The notes under the pieces are model-generated. The model was not told where the DNA came from, made no database searches, and was given only the letters and a program-made list of their open reading frames with translations. 64,000 nt of DNA from Octopus sinensis (lineage: Eukaryota), in NCBI RefSeq assembly GCF_006345805.1, contig NC_042998.1:73718001-73782000 (forward strand). The letters run 5' to 3'. Positions 38,839 through 51,194 of the stretch are shown here, piece after piece. The stretch's first letter is position 1, and each line of letters starts with the position of its first letter. The translations under genes and the position numbers were made by a program.

Positions 38839-39803
38839 GAAGGTTTGAAAATGCAATTTTAAAATATGTTTATTTACATGACCGGTTTCAATTTTTTAGA
38901 AAAAGATTGTCAAAAGTAACATGTAGAAGCTTTGTTGTGTTAGGTACTGGTTGTCACAAAATATTAGAATATATATATACATTCTTTGATAATAATAACA
39001 TGTTAAAACAGTTTACAAGGGAAAATCTTGGGAAAATATAGAAAAATTTTACAAGTTCATTAAAATATTGGGCACAATAGATTACAATATATATATATAC
39101 ATTCTTAAGAAAATGTTAAAAACAGTCTACAGAAAGAGTTATTAAAAAGTTCAGAGGAATATTGGTATTGTATCTGTATATATACACACAGAAAATTATA
39201 AGTTCAAAAGGGTTACATTTTAGTAGTATAGTTTGAAATGACCTGATTCACCATATTATCGTAAAAAACTATTTCCTATTTCAAGGGACAGTGTAGGTTT
39301 GTTTGGGTGAGGGGAAAGGAAGAGTAATGTGGAATTGAAAAGAAGTTTTTGTTTCTCTTTCAAGAATCAGTGATTTGTGAGATTGGTCTTTAGAGGTCAG
39401 AATGGTGTGAGTGTGTGTGTATATATATATATTTATATATATATACATGTGTTTCTGTTTGTGTGTGGGGGCCGTTTTGATTGGTCCCAGGGTTTATTGT
39501 GGTGTAAGTAGATGTGTCTGTGTGATTTTAAAATTTGGTAGGATGGTGAGTGTATATGTGTACACGTTTGTGTGTGAGTGATTGTGTATGTGTGTGGCTA
39601 ATGTTTGTTAGTGTGTTGTAATATGAGTGTGTGTGTGTGTGTATCTCTGTCATAGTATGCTTGTGATTGTTATGATTGTCTTGGTGTTGTGTGTGTGTGT
39701 GATTGGTATTTGTTATAGTGTTGTGTGTGCGCGCACACACACACATGCACGGTCAAGTAAATAAACATATTTTAAAATTGCATTTTCAAACCTTCTTTCA
39801 TAT
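38830..39803. mobile_element. ~975-bp element or inverted pair with 54-bp terminal inverted repeats (1 mismatch) next to TA
   Basis: atatgaaagaaggtttgaaaatgcaattttaaaatatgtttatttacatgaccg (38830-38883) versus its reverse complement at 39750-39803. Confidence 0.75.
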
Positions 39804-40152
39804 ATAATTCCACTCGTGCAGTACCATACAATTCCACTTTGTTATATATATATATAATTGAAAACATTTGGAGACAACAAGAAGGAGTACAGTTGGCCAT
39901 TTATTTTCAATCACTACAATTGTTTCTATTCAAGTTGTGACTGAAAATAAATGTCCAACCATATTCCTCCTTGTTGACTCCAATTTTTTTTCAATTATCT
40001 ATTCACACACGACAAATGTCGTGTGTGAATAACTTGCATAATGTTAATTTTAAAATAATTAAAAACAGTTGTCTATATCAGACAGTGCTTTATGCAAACT
40101 ATACTAATCATATATATATACACGAACATACAACATACATACACACACACAC

Positions 40153-40415
<263 letters not shown>

Positions 40416-42899
40416 GGTTATGTATACTAATATGTATCAAGGTGCAATGTCAGGGAGAAGAGGCGCAATGCAACATTATATGGTAACATTTTGGTGGCGC
40501 AGCGTTGTATCGAATTGCTTTTGTCACGGTGCTGTGTCGTAGAGTCAACGGTAACAGTGACACGACAATATAACTGCGTCACAATACCATGATGTAGGGC
40601 TGTCCTACAGGGACGTATCATAGTACTGTATCATGGCGTTGTGTCACAATTCCCCATCACATTGTATGGTACCACCAATGCAGTGTGTATCACATAAATC
40701 ATTTCCAATACTGACATTAATCACGTGACTTCTAGTTTGGTCTATAATTTCTTCCACTACAACAATATTTCCATATCAACTGTTTGATTTATTGACTGTT
40801 TTAGCAGTGCTGTAGCACATTGGAAGATTACCAAACAATTGCTGATATATTTATTGATGCAATGTTGTCGTTCACAGTTGGCACAACATTCTTTCGTTTC
40901 TGCTGCTTATTTTTCACTTCTGATTCTGGCAACAGACTTACTTTAGTTCCTCAGTCTAATTTTGCTACACATAACAGAGACTTCATTTACGAATTCGAAG
41001 TTCATTCACCGCTGTTTTGTAATCTTTACCTTAGTGACAAAACATTAAATTTTATTTACCTAATATAGTAGCTCCATTTTACAGTCATTTCGAGTGATCT
41101 TTATAAAACTTACTACTATGCGTATTGCTTTATTACCATAATAAATTTTTGTTCCAATATCTGGACTCTGTATGTGTATGTGTTCGCGCGCGCGTGTACA
41201 TTTATAATCGCCTTTCAAGCTAAAATCTTATCACCAGTAGTCAAGTCTTTGTATCTTTATATCTTTTGTAAGTTAGCAGGTGAACTATGTGAGAAAAGAA
41301 ATTCTGGCGATGACCATTTCGTCTTTACTTCATTCATAGTTTATTTTGGACTGTTTTACCCGAAATGTTTACTCTCGATTTTATGTCTTTTTCTAACTGT
41401 GAAGCGACGTCGTTGAGATTCATATTAGTGGTATGTATATTTGTAGCGACGCCATTTCGACTGCTGCCATTTTAATTCGATCTCATAACACGTTCTGGTT
41501 TAACCAATCAGAGACTAGGAACTTGGGAAGCCTAATCTACCTGTAAATTTACTTGAAAATTTATTCACCTCAATCTTTTTTCGTGTGGCGTCATTCGTTC
41601 GACATAAACACATCTATTTACTGCACCGGATTTTAAATTCTGACAGCAATCATGCATCGGTTGTTATTGTGCTCGCTGTGCACTTTCTTTAGAGCAAGCT
41701 AACTTTTACTTTGACGTAGTTGGAAAACGAATTTCTGCCAATAAATATCTGTACGTTTAACCGATTTTTTTTCTTTGTAAGATAGCCAGTTATCTGTTTG
41801 CACGCATGAAACTTGACAGCATAAATTATCCCATTGACACGGAAACACGAAAACATTTATGAATGCTGTCCATAATATTTTTACAACATAAATTATCTGA
41901 CTTATAGATGAAAATTTTCACAAATACATTCATCTAAACAGTTGCAAATTAATGACTTGAATTTTCCATGTTTGAATTCTGTATTTAACCTACAATTTGT
42001 GAAATTATTGTAGTTTTATAACACAGCAAGAAATGTCGAAGTCTATTTTCTCTGTATGTAAAAAAGGAAAATGAAAGTATTAAATACAAACAATTTTGGT
42101 TGAACTACTTACAAATGAACCTTATAGATTTGAAATAAATTCATATAATTTTGTCAATAACATTTATCTCCCTTCCTGAAAGATGAACACCAATATCACG
42201 CCATTCTTCTTAATCGTTTCTATCTTATCAATCATTCCAGACACTCTACTATCGTGAGTGCTACGTTCCAAAAAACCCCCGCGTTAGGTGAAAATCCGCA
42301 AAGTAGAAACAGTACTGTATTGTATGTTTTTATTATCTTTATAATTTGTATATATATATATTATTATAAATGCAAAACAACACCGCAGAGGAACCAACGT
42401 AATCTTAAATAATAAACTGCGTTGGGTGAACCACGATATGGCGAGGGATTACTGTATTAGGCTAATCTACTTACTTACTTGTACTTGTGGCGACATTCAC
42501 CCTGGGCAGGTTGAGTCGGCTTCTTCTACTCATGGAAGAATTTTCGTGGGAATATGTGGATTTCACAAGCGGTCCCCAACAATCCCGCCTGTGGAGACAT
42601 CCTGTTTGCCGTAGATTGTCTGCAGACGCAGGGACAGATTCGATGCCACCGTTAGTGGTAGCGTTGAAACATCTTGGCTAGTATCTTTTAGATGAGATCG
42701 ATCGAATCTGTGTGAGTAAAATCGAGTAACGGAAATTACGTAGAAGCTGGAGCGATGGACTATGGTAGTAAGTCAAATGGTCGGCTTTGTGCATTGTCTC
42801 ACCGCTTGGGCCTGAGAATTACATTAATCCAACCAATCCTTTCGCGATACCCTTAAAGCCAGGAACTTGATATATATAGTCTTTGTTTTCATGTTCAGA

Positions 42900-43062
42900 A
42901 CGTAGAGACTGGTTGGAAGCTCAACCTTTACAGGGCTTACGAAAACTGAAGGACCGTTGCAATAAGTGTGTCAATCTGAGAGGAGAATACGTTGAATGAA
43001 TTAACTGATCCGCCTGTATTTTCTTTCACCCAAAGCCAGGAACATTTCAGCACCAGGAACGT
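42900..43062 (+). mobile_element. mariner transposase C-terminal fragment with TIR-like end
   Basis: GLRKLKDRCNKCVNLRGEYVE-stop, followed by aaagccaggaacatttcagcacc. A similar motif lies at about 42855-42870. Confidence 0.6.
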
Positions 43063-43137
43063 ATAAAAGAATAAAAGAATAAAGAAAATAATGAAGGCAG
43101 CTACACGTAATATAAAACTAGTGACAATTATATATAT

Positions 43138-43900
43138 ACTGTGTACGATGAATAAATAAATTGTCGTCTAAATTACGCAAAAATGAAAATAACACGGACA
43201 TCTCTTTTTAACAGATATATTTACCAAAATTACATAAAAATATCTTGAAATACTAAACAGTAAATTTATTCAATAAAATCGCCATTGGCTTCAACCACGG
43301 CAGCCAGACGACTTCGGAATCTCCTGCAGCTTTTCTGGACGTTCTCCTTGGTGAATGCTGCCGTAATCCTTGCCTTCAGTTGATCTTTGGTGTTACAAGG
43401 AGTTTTATTGGTCTCATACAAGGAGTTTAATTGGTCTACACATAATAATCAAGGAATTAGCTGTCTGGGGAGTAAGGTAGCCAGATGTTAGGAGAGATAT
43501 GGTCGCAGAAATTGTTTCACAGCCATGTCTTGGTTCTCCTGCTTATGTGGCGCAGTGCAGAGTCCTGTTGCCAGACATAGGGTCTTCCAGCAGCCACCCT
43601 CTTGACACAGGGCAGTACTACCTCCTCCAGTCACGCTCGTGTTGAGTCTGAGGCCGTGTGGGAAGATGAATGAAGGCATAACGTCGCCATCACTAGTGAT
43701 CACTCTAAACACCATCATGTTGACTGAATGTTTGATTTTTATTTCTCTTGGTATATGTCCTTATATGTCCTCAGAAATGTTCGTATAGGAGCTTCCGGTG
43801 CGAATGCCATGCAGTGCAGCATGTCGTTTCCAAATTTCTGACAGAGATAATTGCGTCATGCTGGTGTTTTTCTCGCAGGCGGTGCTCAACTGACCCTACT
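43138..43900 (-). mobile_element. Tc1/mariner, maT (DD37D-like) transposon fragment
   Basis: MVFRVITSDGDVMPSFIFPHGLRLNT, GRPYVWQQDSA, NFCDHISPNIWLPYSPD..LDYYV, and CRRFRSRLAAVVEANGDFIE-stop at 43266-43268. The second-to-third Asp spacing fits D37D. Confidence 0.75.
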
Positions 43901-43980
43901 ATACTGTGTAGTCAACAAAATCAAAAACAATGCACATGCGCAAAATTAAAAATATAAAATGAGAACAATTTTAACAAGAC

Positions 43981-44031
<51 letters not shown>

Positions 44032-44129
44032 TGTGTGTGTGTGTGTGTTTGTGTGTATCATGGACTCTCCTGTCGAAGACGGCGTTTGAGCGTTCAGCTT
44101 TTGACAAACAGCCTGCACAAATGATTTGT

Positions 44130-44350
44130 TTATAGTGATCATATGTTCGTGCCGTACACTACCTCACTCTCTCCATCAAATCGGCGTTGTCTGGACAGGT
44201 GCACGGTGTACCACGCATCAAATGCCAAAGTGATCGCACAGCAACGCGAAACGAAGTATTTTGCTCAAGAACAGAACGCACCATTCGGTCTAGGAATTGA
44301 AAGTATCATCTCGTAATCGTGAGTCCAACACTCTAACCAATAGGCCATGC
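44130..44350 (-). mobile_element. tRNA-headed CORE-like SINE (family C)
   Basis: Minus strand: gcatggcctattggttagagtgttggactcacgatt...ttcaattcctagacc...ttcttgagcaaaatactt. Confidence 0.6.
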
Positions 44351-44898
44351 CCCCCACCACCACCAATATTTATGTATATAGGTGAGTACTGATAAACAAT
44401 AAGGCAGATTAGCATTAGAAGTGAAATATCTATAATGACTGAATGATTTCTGTGGATAAGGTTTTAATTGGAAGTTGTCGAAATGTGACGTTGGTTCTTC
44501 TTGCCAGAAGTATCTAACATGACAGATTACCGCTAGAGGACGTGGCTGATTGTCTACTTACAAAGATTATAATTGTACGTTTTTAATTAAAGAAATTCCT
44601 AATCTATATGTAATTAATTGAATTATGAAAAAAAGGCAGTATTAAAAATCACTCTACGATTTATAACTGAAGCCCAAGTAAAACTTATGGTGGTGGTGGC
44701 GTTGGTGGTGGTGGTGGTGGTGGTGGTGGTGGTAATGGTTCTGCTGTTGCTGCTACTGCTAATGATGATGATTATGATGATGATGATGAAGTGGTGTAGA
44801 AGGGGAAAAGGATGCTACAACTGTGAGGTTGATCGTGATACAGGTTCTAATCTACTTAGATAATAAATGTCGTTATATGTGTGAATGTATAATTGTAC

Positions 44899-45284
44899 GA
44901 GTGGTCGTTTCTGCTCGCGCGCGTACCACCTGACAACTGCGCAGGTCCACCGATTATCGGTGAGCCGGGCGACGTGTCCAGCCCATCTAACCTTGTTGCA
45001 TGTATGACATCCCTCACGCCGGACTTCTCTCTGATGACCTCGCTACTGATGTGCTCTCTCAACGAGATTTCAAGCATTGACCTCTCCATGGCTCTTTGAG
45101 CCGTTACCAATCTCTGTTCTCTCTTTGATGAAGCCCATGTTTCACGGTGGAGTTACGATTTCAGAAAGGCGATTGGCATCGCGTGGATGAGAAAGGCGCG
45201 ATCCAGAGAGGAGTGGACAGTGTGCTGTGACCAGCGGTGTCAAATGGACGCCCGACGGACTGGTCAGTCAAGGTGATCAAGGTG
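44899..45284. mobile_element. RTE LINE insertion with inverted 5' segment (twin-priming structure) and 10-bp TSD
   Basis: Minus 45143 to 44899 encodes ETWASSKREQRLVTAQRAMERSMLEISLREHISSEVIREKSGVRDVI...WAGHVARLTDNRWT...KRPL. Plus 45142-45284 continues RWSYDFRKAIGIAWMRKARSREEW and ends in (caaggtgat)2. The TSD is ATAATTGTAC (44889-44898) and ATAATTCTAC (45285-45294). Confidence 0.8.
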
Positions 45285-45461
45285 ATAATTCTACAAAGCG
45301 TAAACTGACAACAATGGTAAAAATTTATTCAATAATGGAAGTAGAGTAAGAGATAAGTATGCCTAAGTTAACGAATAATTATTCCAAAGTATCTAACAAC
45401 AGTTTTGTCTTTCGACTCACCAGGAAAAATGGTATTTCTAAGAAGACGTATATATATATAT

Positions 45462-45851
45462 ACGAGAAAGAAGCAACAAGAATGGATTAGTTTTTAGTAC
45501 AATTGTTTCATACAAAGACAGGCTTTATTAAAAGTTGCAAATATTGCAGCAGATAAAAGTGTCCCGTACTCATCAGCTAAAACACATATGAGTACTCCAA
45601 ACATCTTAGTGGGTGAAGCTACACTCATGAAGTATTGGAGATAATTTCATTATCTGCTTTTAATGAAATTATCTCCAATACTTCATGAGTGTAGCTTCAC
45701 CCACTAAGATGTTTGGATAACTCATATGTGTTTTAGCTGATGAGTACGGGACACTTTTATCTGCTGCAATATTTGCAACTTTTAATAGAGCCTGTCTTTG
45801 TATGAAACAATTGTACTAAAAACTAATCCATTCTTGTTGCTTCTTTCTCGT
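45462..45851. repeat. 390-bp fold-back (191-bp arms, 3 mismatches, 8-nt spacer) with an intact HHR in each arm
   Basis: Spacer tctgcttt at 45653-45660. Plus-strand HHR TTTTAG-CTGATGA-GTAC...GTAT-GAAA-CAATTG-TA^CTAAAA at 45731-45821, mirrored at about 45492-45582 on minus. Confidence 0.9.
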
Positions 45852-45974
45852 TTATAATCACCCCACATTACTGTATGGTTAACACCATATAGTTTTCTGG
45901 TGCATCTAAGTTAAGTACCGCATTCAAGTGAATTCATTAGAATTGACTTGAATCTTAATTGCTTTTATTATATA

Positions 45975-46820
45975 CTAGCAGAATTGCCCGGCGTTGCTCG
46001 GGGCTGAATTGCTTGAAAGTACTGTTAATGATTGCACTGAATTATGATGATTATTCAGGCAAATATTGATATAAGCTTACGGTGGGAGATAAGGACTTAA
46101 CGATCAAACGTGTGTCATTGCATTGTTTTGGGGGAACCAAATTTCTGATGAGCATTATAGGGGCACCAACTTTAAGTTTGAGAAAGTGTGGTGGTAGTCC
46201 TGGGTGCTCAAAGGAATTGAGTACCTCTATTGGATAGTTGATAACGTCCTCTGGGTCAGGAGTTGTATCGATAGACTGATATACATAGACTTCCCCAGGA
46301 ATGAGTTTTAGCATTTCATCATTAATATGGTGAACAGCTTTATTCCTCGGGGCCAGTATAGCCTTTTTGCCAATCCAATCCATATTCTGATAATTAGCTT
46401 GTAGATCTGGGAACACTGCATCTCTGAGATCAGAAGGCGTCTTAACAATGGTACAAATGGAATCGATGGCAATATTACCATTTTCATCCCCTGGTATTTT
46501 GCCTTCGCCAAGTGCAAGGAGGGTGTGAGGAAATGCTGCTGATGTGATATTACGTCGCATATGAGCACGCATATTGGTGTGAAGTTTGAGAGTTACTTCC
46601 GTTTATTCTAAAAAATATGCATTAAAATGGAAAAAAATGATGGTAAATTATTTGTAAAATCATAGACTCATCGTAGACGCGCGCTAATACCCAGAAGGGC
46701 TCGATATGAATCACGACTATAAGATACCCGGTTTTGGTTAAACTGCATCGCAAAATGTGGGAGTAGTTAGGAATCTAAATCGGAGTAGACAGACACACAA
46801 CCTTTCTTTTATATATAAAT
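45975..46820 (-). mobile_element. Internally deleted Helitron retaining a PIF1-family helicase fragment
   Basis: Minus-strand 3' end is the hairpin CCCGAGCAACGCCGGG then CTAG|T. The 5' end is tatatataaaag..gtgtgtctgtc. The internal ORF reads TNMRAH...LLALGEG...AILAPRNKAVHHIN...LNSFEHPGLPPHFLKLKVGAPIMLIRNL. Confidence 0.85.
46051..46572 (-). pseudogene. Helitron Rep/Hel PIF1 helicase fragment
   Basis: Motifs ILAPRN and LPPH.LKLKVGAPIMLIRNL of PIF1-family helicases. Both ends are truncated. Confidence 0.85.
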
Positions 46821-47127
46821 ATTTTCGTCCTAAAAAACTTTGTATGGATTGAATGGTTACCTCTATGGAAATATATACACGCACATTATACATACATGTG
46901 TGTATAGATGAATATATAAATACATTTAAATATCTATATACACTTTTGGGCGATCTTTCTGTTTCTTAGAGATAACTTTAGATCTTATTTTCGTCCTAAA
47001 AAACTTTGTGCGGAGTGAATGGTTACGTGTATGGAAATATATACACACACATTATACATACATCTGTGTATAGATGAATATATAAATACATTTAAATATC
47101 TATATACACTTTTGGGCGATCTTTCTG
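46820..47127 (+). repeat. Tandem duplication of ~140 bp (offset ~167 bp)
   Basis: tattttcgtcctaaaaaactttgt...ctatatacacttttgggcgatctttctg at about 46820-46960 and 46987-47127, with a few substitutions. Confidence 0.8.
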
Positions 47128-48032
47128 CTACTTGGATATAGGGGCGATGTTTCGCTTGTCGTAGCACACGTTTCCGTCGATTTCCGTAAAAAATGTAAAC
47201 ACTGAATCGGCCATACATACATACATACACACACACATACATACACACACATACATACACACACACACACACACATACATGCATACATACATATACACAT
47301 AAACCGAGTAAAAAATTTCAGTTATCTCTCTCTTTCACACATTACTCTCTCTGTCTCTTCACACACTAACAGAAGCACTTCACTTACACAACATACTGTC
47401 TGTCTCCCACACTCCATCAAACACACACACACACACACACATGTACATCAACGCGTCCCATGCACGGTAACTTCAAAAGAACTTCCCTCGTCATACAATC
47501 GCTTTCTCTTAGTCTCTTTCGCTCTCATTACTTATGTAAAAAAATAAATAGGTCTTATATTCGTCCTAAAATACTTTCCTGTCACACACTCACGCACACG
47601 CACGCACACACACACACACACACACACGCACCCTCACACACACACACACGCACACACGCACTCACACACACGCACGTTAGCTTACTATTTTATTTATATA
47701 TTTGCGTGTCTATGTGTGTAAAGAGGAAGTGGCAGACTGAAAGAGTCACTCACTACAAAAGGTGAATTACTTTCATTTTATTCCTTGCACACTGTGTGTG
47801 TGCGTGTGGGTGTGGTGTAAAACACATTAAGAAAAGCATTTGACATACACACCAGAATGTGAGTTTTCTGTAAATTTTGCTTAATTGGAGTTTAAATTTT
47901 AAAAAGTGGACCTGGCAAAACCCGATGCATTCTACTCTTAAAAATGCTAAGTAAATTGTAATTAAAGAAATCCTATATTGTAGATTACTATAACTGACAA
48001 AGGTAGGCAGATCAAATCTGCCTTTTATAATA

Positions 48033-48065
<33 letters not shown>

Positions 48066-48068
<3 letters not shown>

Positions 48069-48240
48069 GAAGATTTTACGAAAAAAAACACAAAAGACGA
48101 AGACAGGTGGTGCACAAAACAAACAGATGTATTAGTATAGCGCTCAGGAATAGAAAAAGTCTTTTACGATTCGAGCCTACGCTCTTCTACAGAAAGGAAC
48201 ACAGAAAAAAACAAGGAGAGAAACAAGGAGAGAAAAAAGT
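48066..48240 (-). mobile_element. Family H copy (GAAA mutated to GAAT)
   Basis: cttttacgattcgagcctacgctcttctacagaaagg at 48161-48197. Confidence 0.7.
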
Positions 48241-48300
48241 GTGTGCAGTGGCTAACGAGCTATCTTGGCGGCTCATGATACATATATATATATATATATA

Positions 48301-48670
48301 CAGGCGTAGGAGTGGCTGTGTGGTAAGTAGCTGGCTTACCAACCACAGGTTCAGGCCCATTGCGTGGCAGCTTGGACAAGTATGTTCTGCTATAGCCTCA
48401 AACCGACCAAAGCCTTGTGAATGGATTTAGTAGACGGAAACTGAAAGAAGCCCGTCGTATGTATATACATATATATATATATATATTTGCGCCTGTCTCT
48501 GTCCTCCCACCATCGCTTGACAACCGATGTTCGTGTATTTACGTCCGCGTAACTTAATGGTTCGGTAAAAGTGGCCGATAAAATAAGTACTAGGCTTACA
48601 AAGAATGGTCCTGGGGTCGATTTGCATGGTCGCAGTCAAATGACTGAAACAAATAAAAGAATAAGAAATA
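48301..48670 (+). mobile_element. CORE-type SINE family B
   Basis: aggcgtaggagtggctgtgtggtaag head, cttggacaagt core, internal (TA)n, and tail gactgaaacaaataaaaga. Confidence 0.8.
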
Positions 48671-48753
48671 AAAGAATATATATACACTTATTTGGAAATG
48701 GATGTGTGGCGTTCAATAAAATGATAAAATGATAATATATACATATATGAATA

Positions 48754-49126
48754 TCTTCTCTCTATATATAAACGGCAGTTTGTCTGTGTGTGTTTCTGTG
48801 TGTCTGTGAGGTTGTACCCTCACCCTGACCACGGCTTTCAACCGATTCTGATGAAACTTGACACACACATAGCCCAATGTCATAATTCAAAACTAACGCA
48901 GCGAAAATTTTGAAAAGTTCCCCCAGTTCTGAAAAAAATCGATAAATTCGACATGGGGTCGAGAATCAGAAACACAAACCACAGATTGTCTAGGGGACGC
49001 AACTCGACCTTTTTAACTAAAAAAAAATTACCATCATTTTTCTTCCATTTTTTGGCTATAACTCTCTAAAAATGCTTTATAGTTAATTCCCTTACAAACC
49101 CGAGCAACGCCGGGCGATACTGCTAG
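48754..49126 (+). mobile_element. Non-autonomous Helitron (373 bp) of the same family as 45975-46820
   Basis: A|TC start, hairpin CCCGAGCAACGCCGGG at 49099-49114, CTAG|T end. It shares the block aattaccatcattttt.ttccatttt with the helicase-bearing copy. Confidence 0.85.
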
Positions 49127-49164
49127 TATACATATATACATATATATATATATATATTTGAAGA

Positions 49165-50550
49165 TTGAGATGGAAAGCCTTCTTCTTTGACAATAAACAG
49201 AAAATAGAAGGAAACAAATATGGATTTAAATCTCCCAGAAACCCGCCACCTATTCCGGAATTAGAAGCCTTCGAGAAAGACCTTTTCGAGCTTATTAGGA
49301 AAATTAAATTCCGGAAATATACCAACGAATTGCAGAAAAATATGAGAGAAAAAATTAAGGAGATTAACGACTCGAATAAGATCTTCGTTAATTCTGATAA
49401 GACAAGGAACTTATATACACTTGATAAGGACGTTTATAAGCGCCTGATTTCGAATAGTGTCACAGACACATACAAAAAAGACAACACGAATATATACAAA
49501 GAGGTGAACTTAGAAGCAAGAGGAATAGCTAACGATCTTAAGATTAGCGATATGATTGAATATCTTTCACCACGACCAGCTTTTATTACTCTGAAAGACC
49601 ATAAAGCCAATTTTAGTAGAAACCCCAAATGTAGATTGATAAATCCGGCTAAAACTGAGATAGGAATTATTAGCAAAAATATTTTGGACCGTATTTTAGT
49701 TAAGTTAGATAGTGAAGTAGACTTGAGAATTTGGAAGAATAGTAAGTCAGTCATAGAGTGGTTTAAAGGTATTAGCTATAAGAATAATTGTAGTTTCACA
49801 CAATTCGACATTATTGACTTTTACCCGTCAATATCTAGGACGTTGCTCCTAAGGGCATTGGACTTCGCCAAGCAATATGTCAACATCGATAGCTCGGAAA
49901 TTGATATTATTATGCATGCGAGGAAATCGCTTCTTTTTTTCAAGAATTCCACCTGGATTAAGAAGACTGAGGATTCTCTTTTCGATGTACCGATGGGGGC
50001 ATACGACGGGGCTGAGTTATGTATGCTCATAGGAGCCTTTATTCTCCATAATCTGAAAATAGAATTCCCTTTTATAGATGCAGGTTTATATAGGGATGAC
50101 GGCCTTATAGCCACGCATAATCTAAACGGCCATGAATCAGATAGACTTAGGAAGGACCTCATAGCTTTCTTTCAAAGGATGGGCTTACGGGTTACGATAG
50201 ATGCTAACCTGAATAGTGTAGATTTTTCAGACGTAAATTTTAATGTAAGATCGGATAGATTTAAACCTTTCCGTAAGCCCAATGAAAAGCTATCGTATAT
50301 TAGCAAAGATTCGAACCATCCACCAGTTATCCTTAGGAACTTAGTCAGCAATGTAGGTAGAAGAATATCTTCAATTTCTTCGGACGAGGCAGCATTCCAT
50401 AATGCTGCACCTTATTACGATAGCGCATTAAAGAATAGTGGATTCTCTGAGAAGATCCAGTTCAACCAGCTTAATGCTGATAATAATGCTGCACGAAGAA
50501 CTAGGACCAGGAAGTTTTGTGGTTCAACCCGGCTTTCAATTTGGCCGTAA
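49165..50550 (+). pseudogene. PLE reverse transcriptase (frame 1 of the disrupted ORF)
   Basis: 461-aa open frame carrying all RT core motifs, including YRDD. Confidence 0.85.
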
Positions 50551-51194
50551 AGACTAATATAGGTAAGGAATTTTTGAGATTAGTCTCTAAGCATTTTAAG
50601 CAGGGTCATAAATTCTATAGGATTTTTAATAGAAGAACCCTGAAGGTTAGCTATTCTTGTTGCAGAAATTTCGCCTCTTACATTAGCCAACATAATAGGA
50701 AGCTAATTGAGATTAGACATGGTGCCGAGCCCATTAAGAAATGCAATTGCAAAAACGAAAGCTCCTGTCCGTTAGAAGGGAAATGTCTAGTAAAAGGAGT
50801 AGTTTATAGAGCCAAGGTGCAAGTGGAAGGCTCATCAGAATACAAGACATACACAGGGGCTTCAGAAAATTCATTTAAACCAAGATTTTATTCTCATAAA
50901 AATTCATTTAAATACCCAGAGAATAGGAAGAGGACCAGCCTAGCAAAATATGTCTGGGAACTAAAAGAAGAGGAAGCCCCACCTTTCAACGTGACATGGA
51001 GCATTCTGGACAGGGCGGCACCATACAGGCATGGAGCATACAAAAATAATTTCAAGTGCAAACTTTGTCTATTAGAAAAAATGTACATCTTATTCAAAGA
51101 CAATAATTCTTTGAATCAAAGAAGTGAGCTAATGAACTTATGTAGGCACGCGGCTAAATTTAAAATGTCGAATATAAATATACCATATGGATAG
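50517..51194 (+). pseudogene. PLE thumb, Cys linker and GIY-YIG endonuclease (frame 2)
   Basis: 225-aa frame beginning WFNPAFN, the expected continuation of RTRK..WFNP. Confidence 0.85.

Larger units (their letters stand above)
49158..51194 (+). mobile_element. Penelope-like element, 5'-truncated, RT plus GIY-YIG endonuclease with one frameshift at about 50515 (Nematis-like by linker motif, tentative)
   Basis: RT motifs QFDIIDFYPSI, FDVPMGAYDGAELC and GLYRDDG. Cys linker CNCKNESSCPLEGKC. EN segment GVVYRA...YTGASENSFKPRFYSHK and C-terminal CKLCLLEK...ELMNLCRH. The element starts directly after (TA)n. Confidence 0.9.

Noticed and set aside
40820-41070. Minus-strand Cys cluster resembling a piggyBac C-terminal domain
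   Set aside because: It is interrupted by stops, and I found no catalytic region, TTAA or TIRs.
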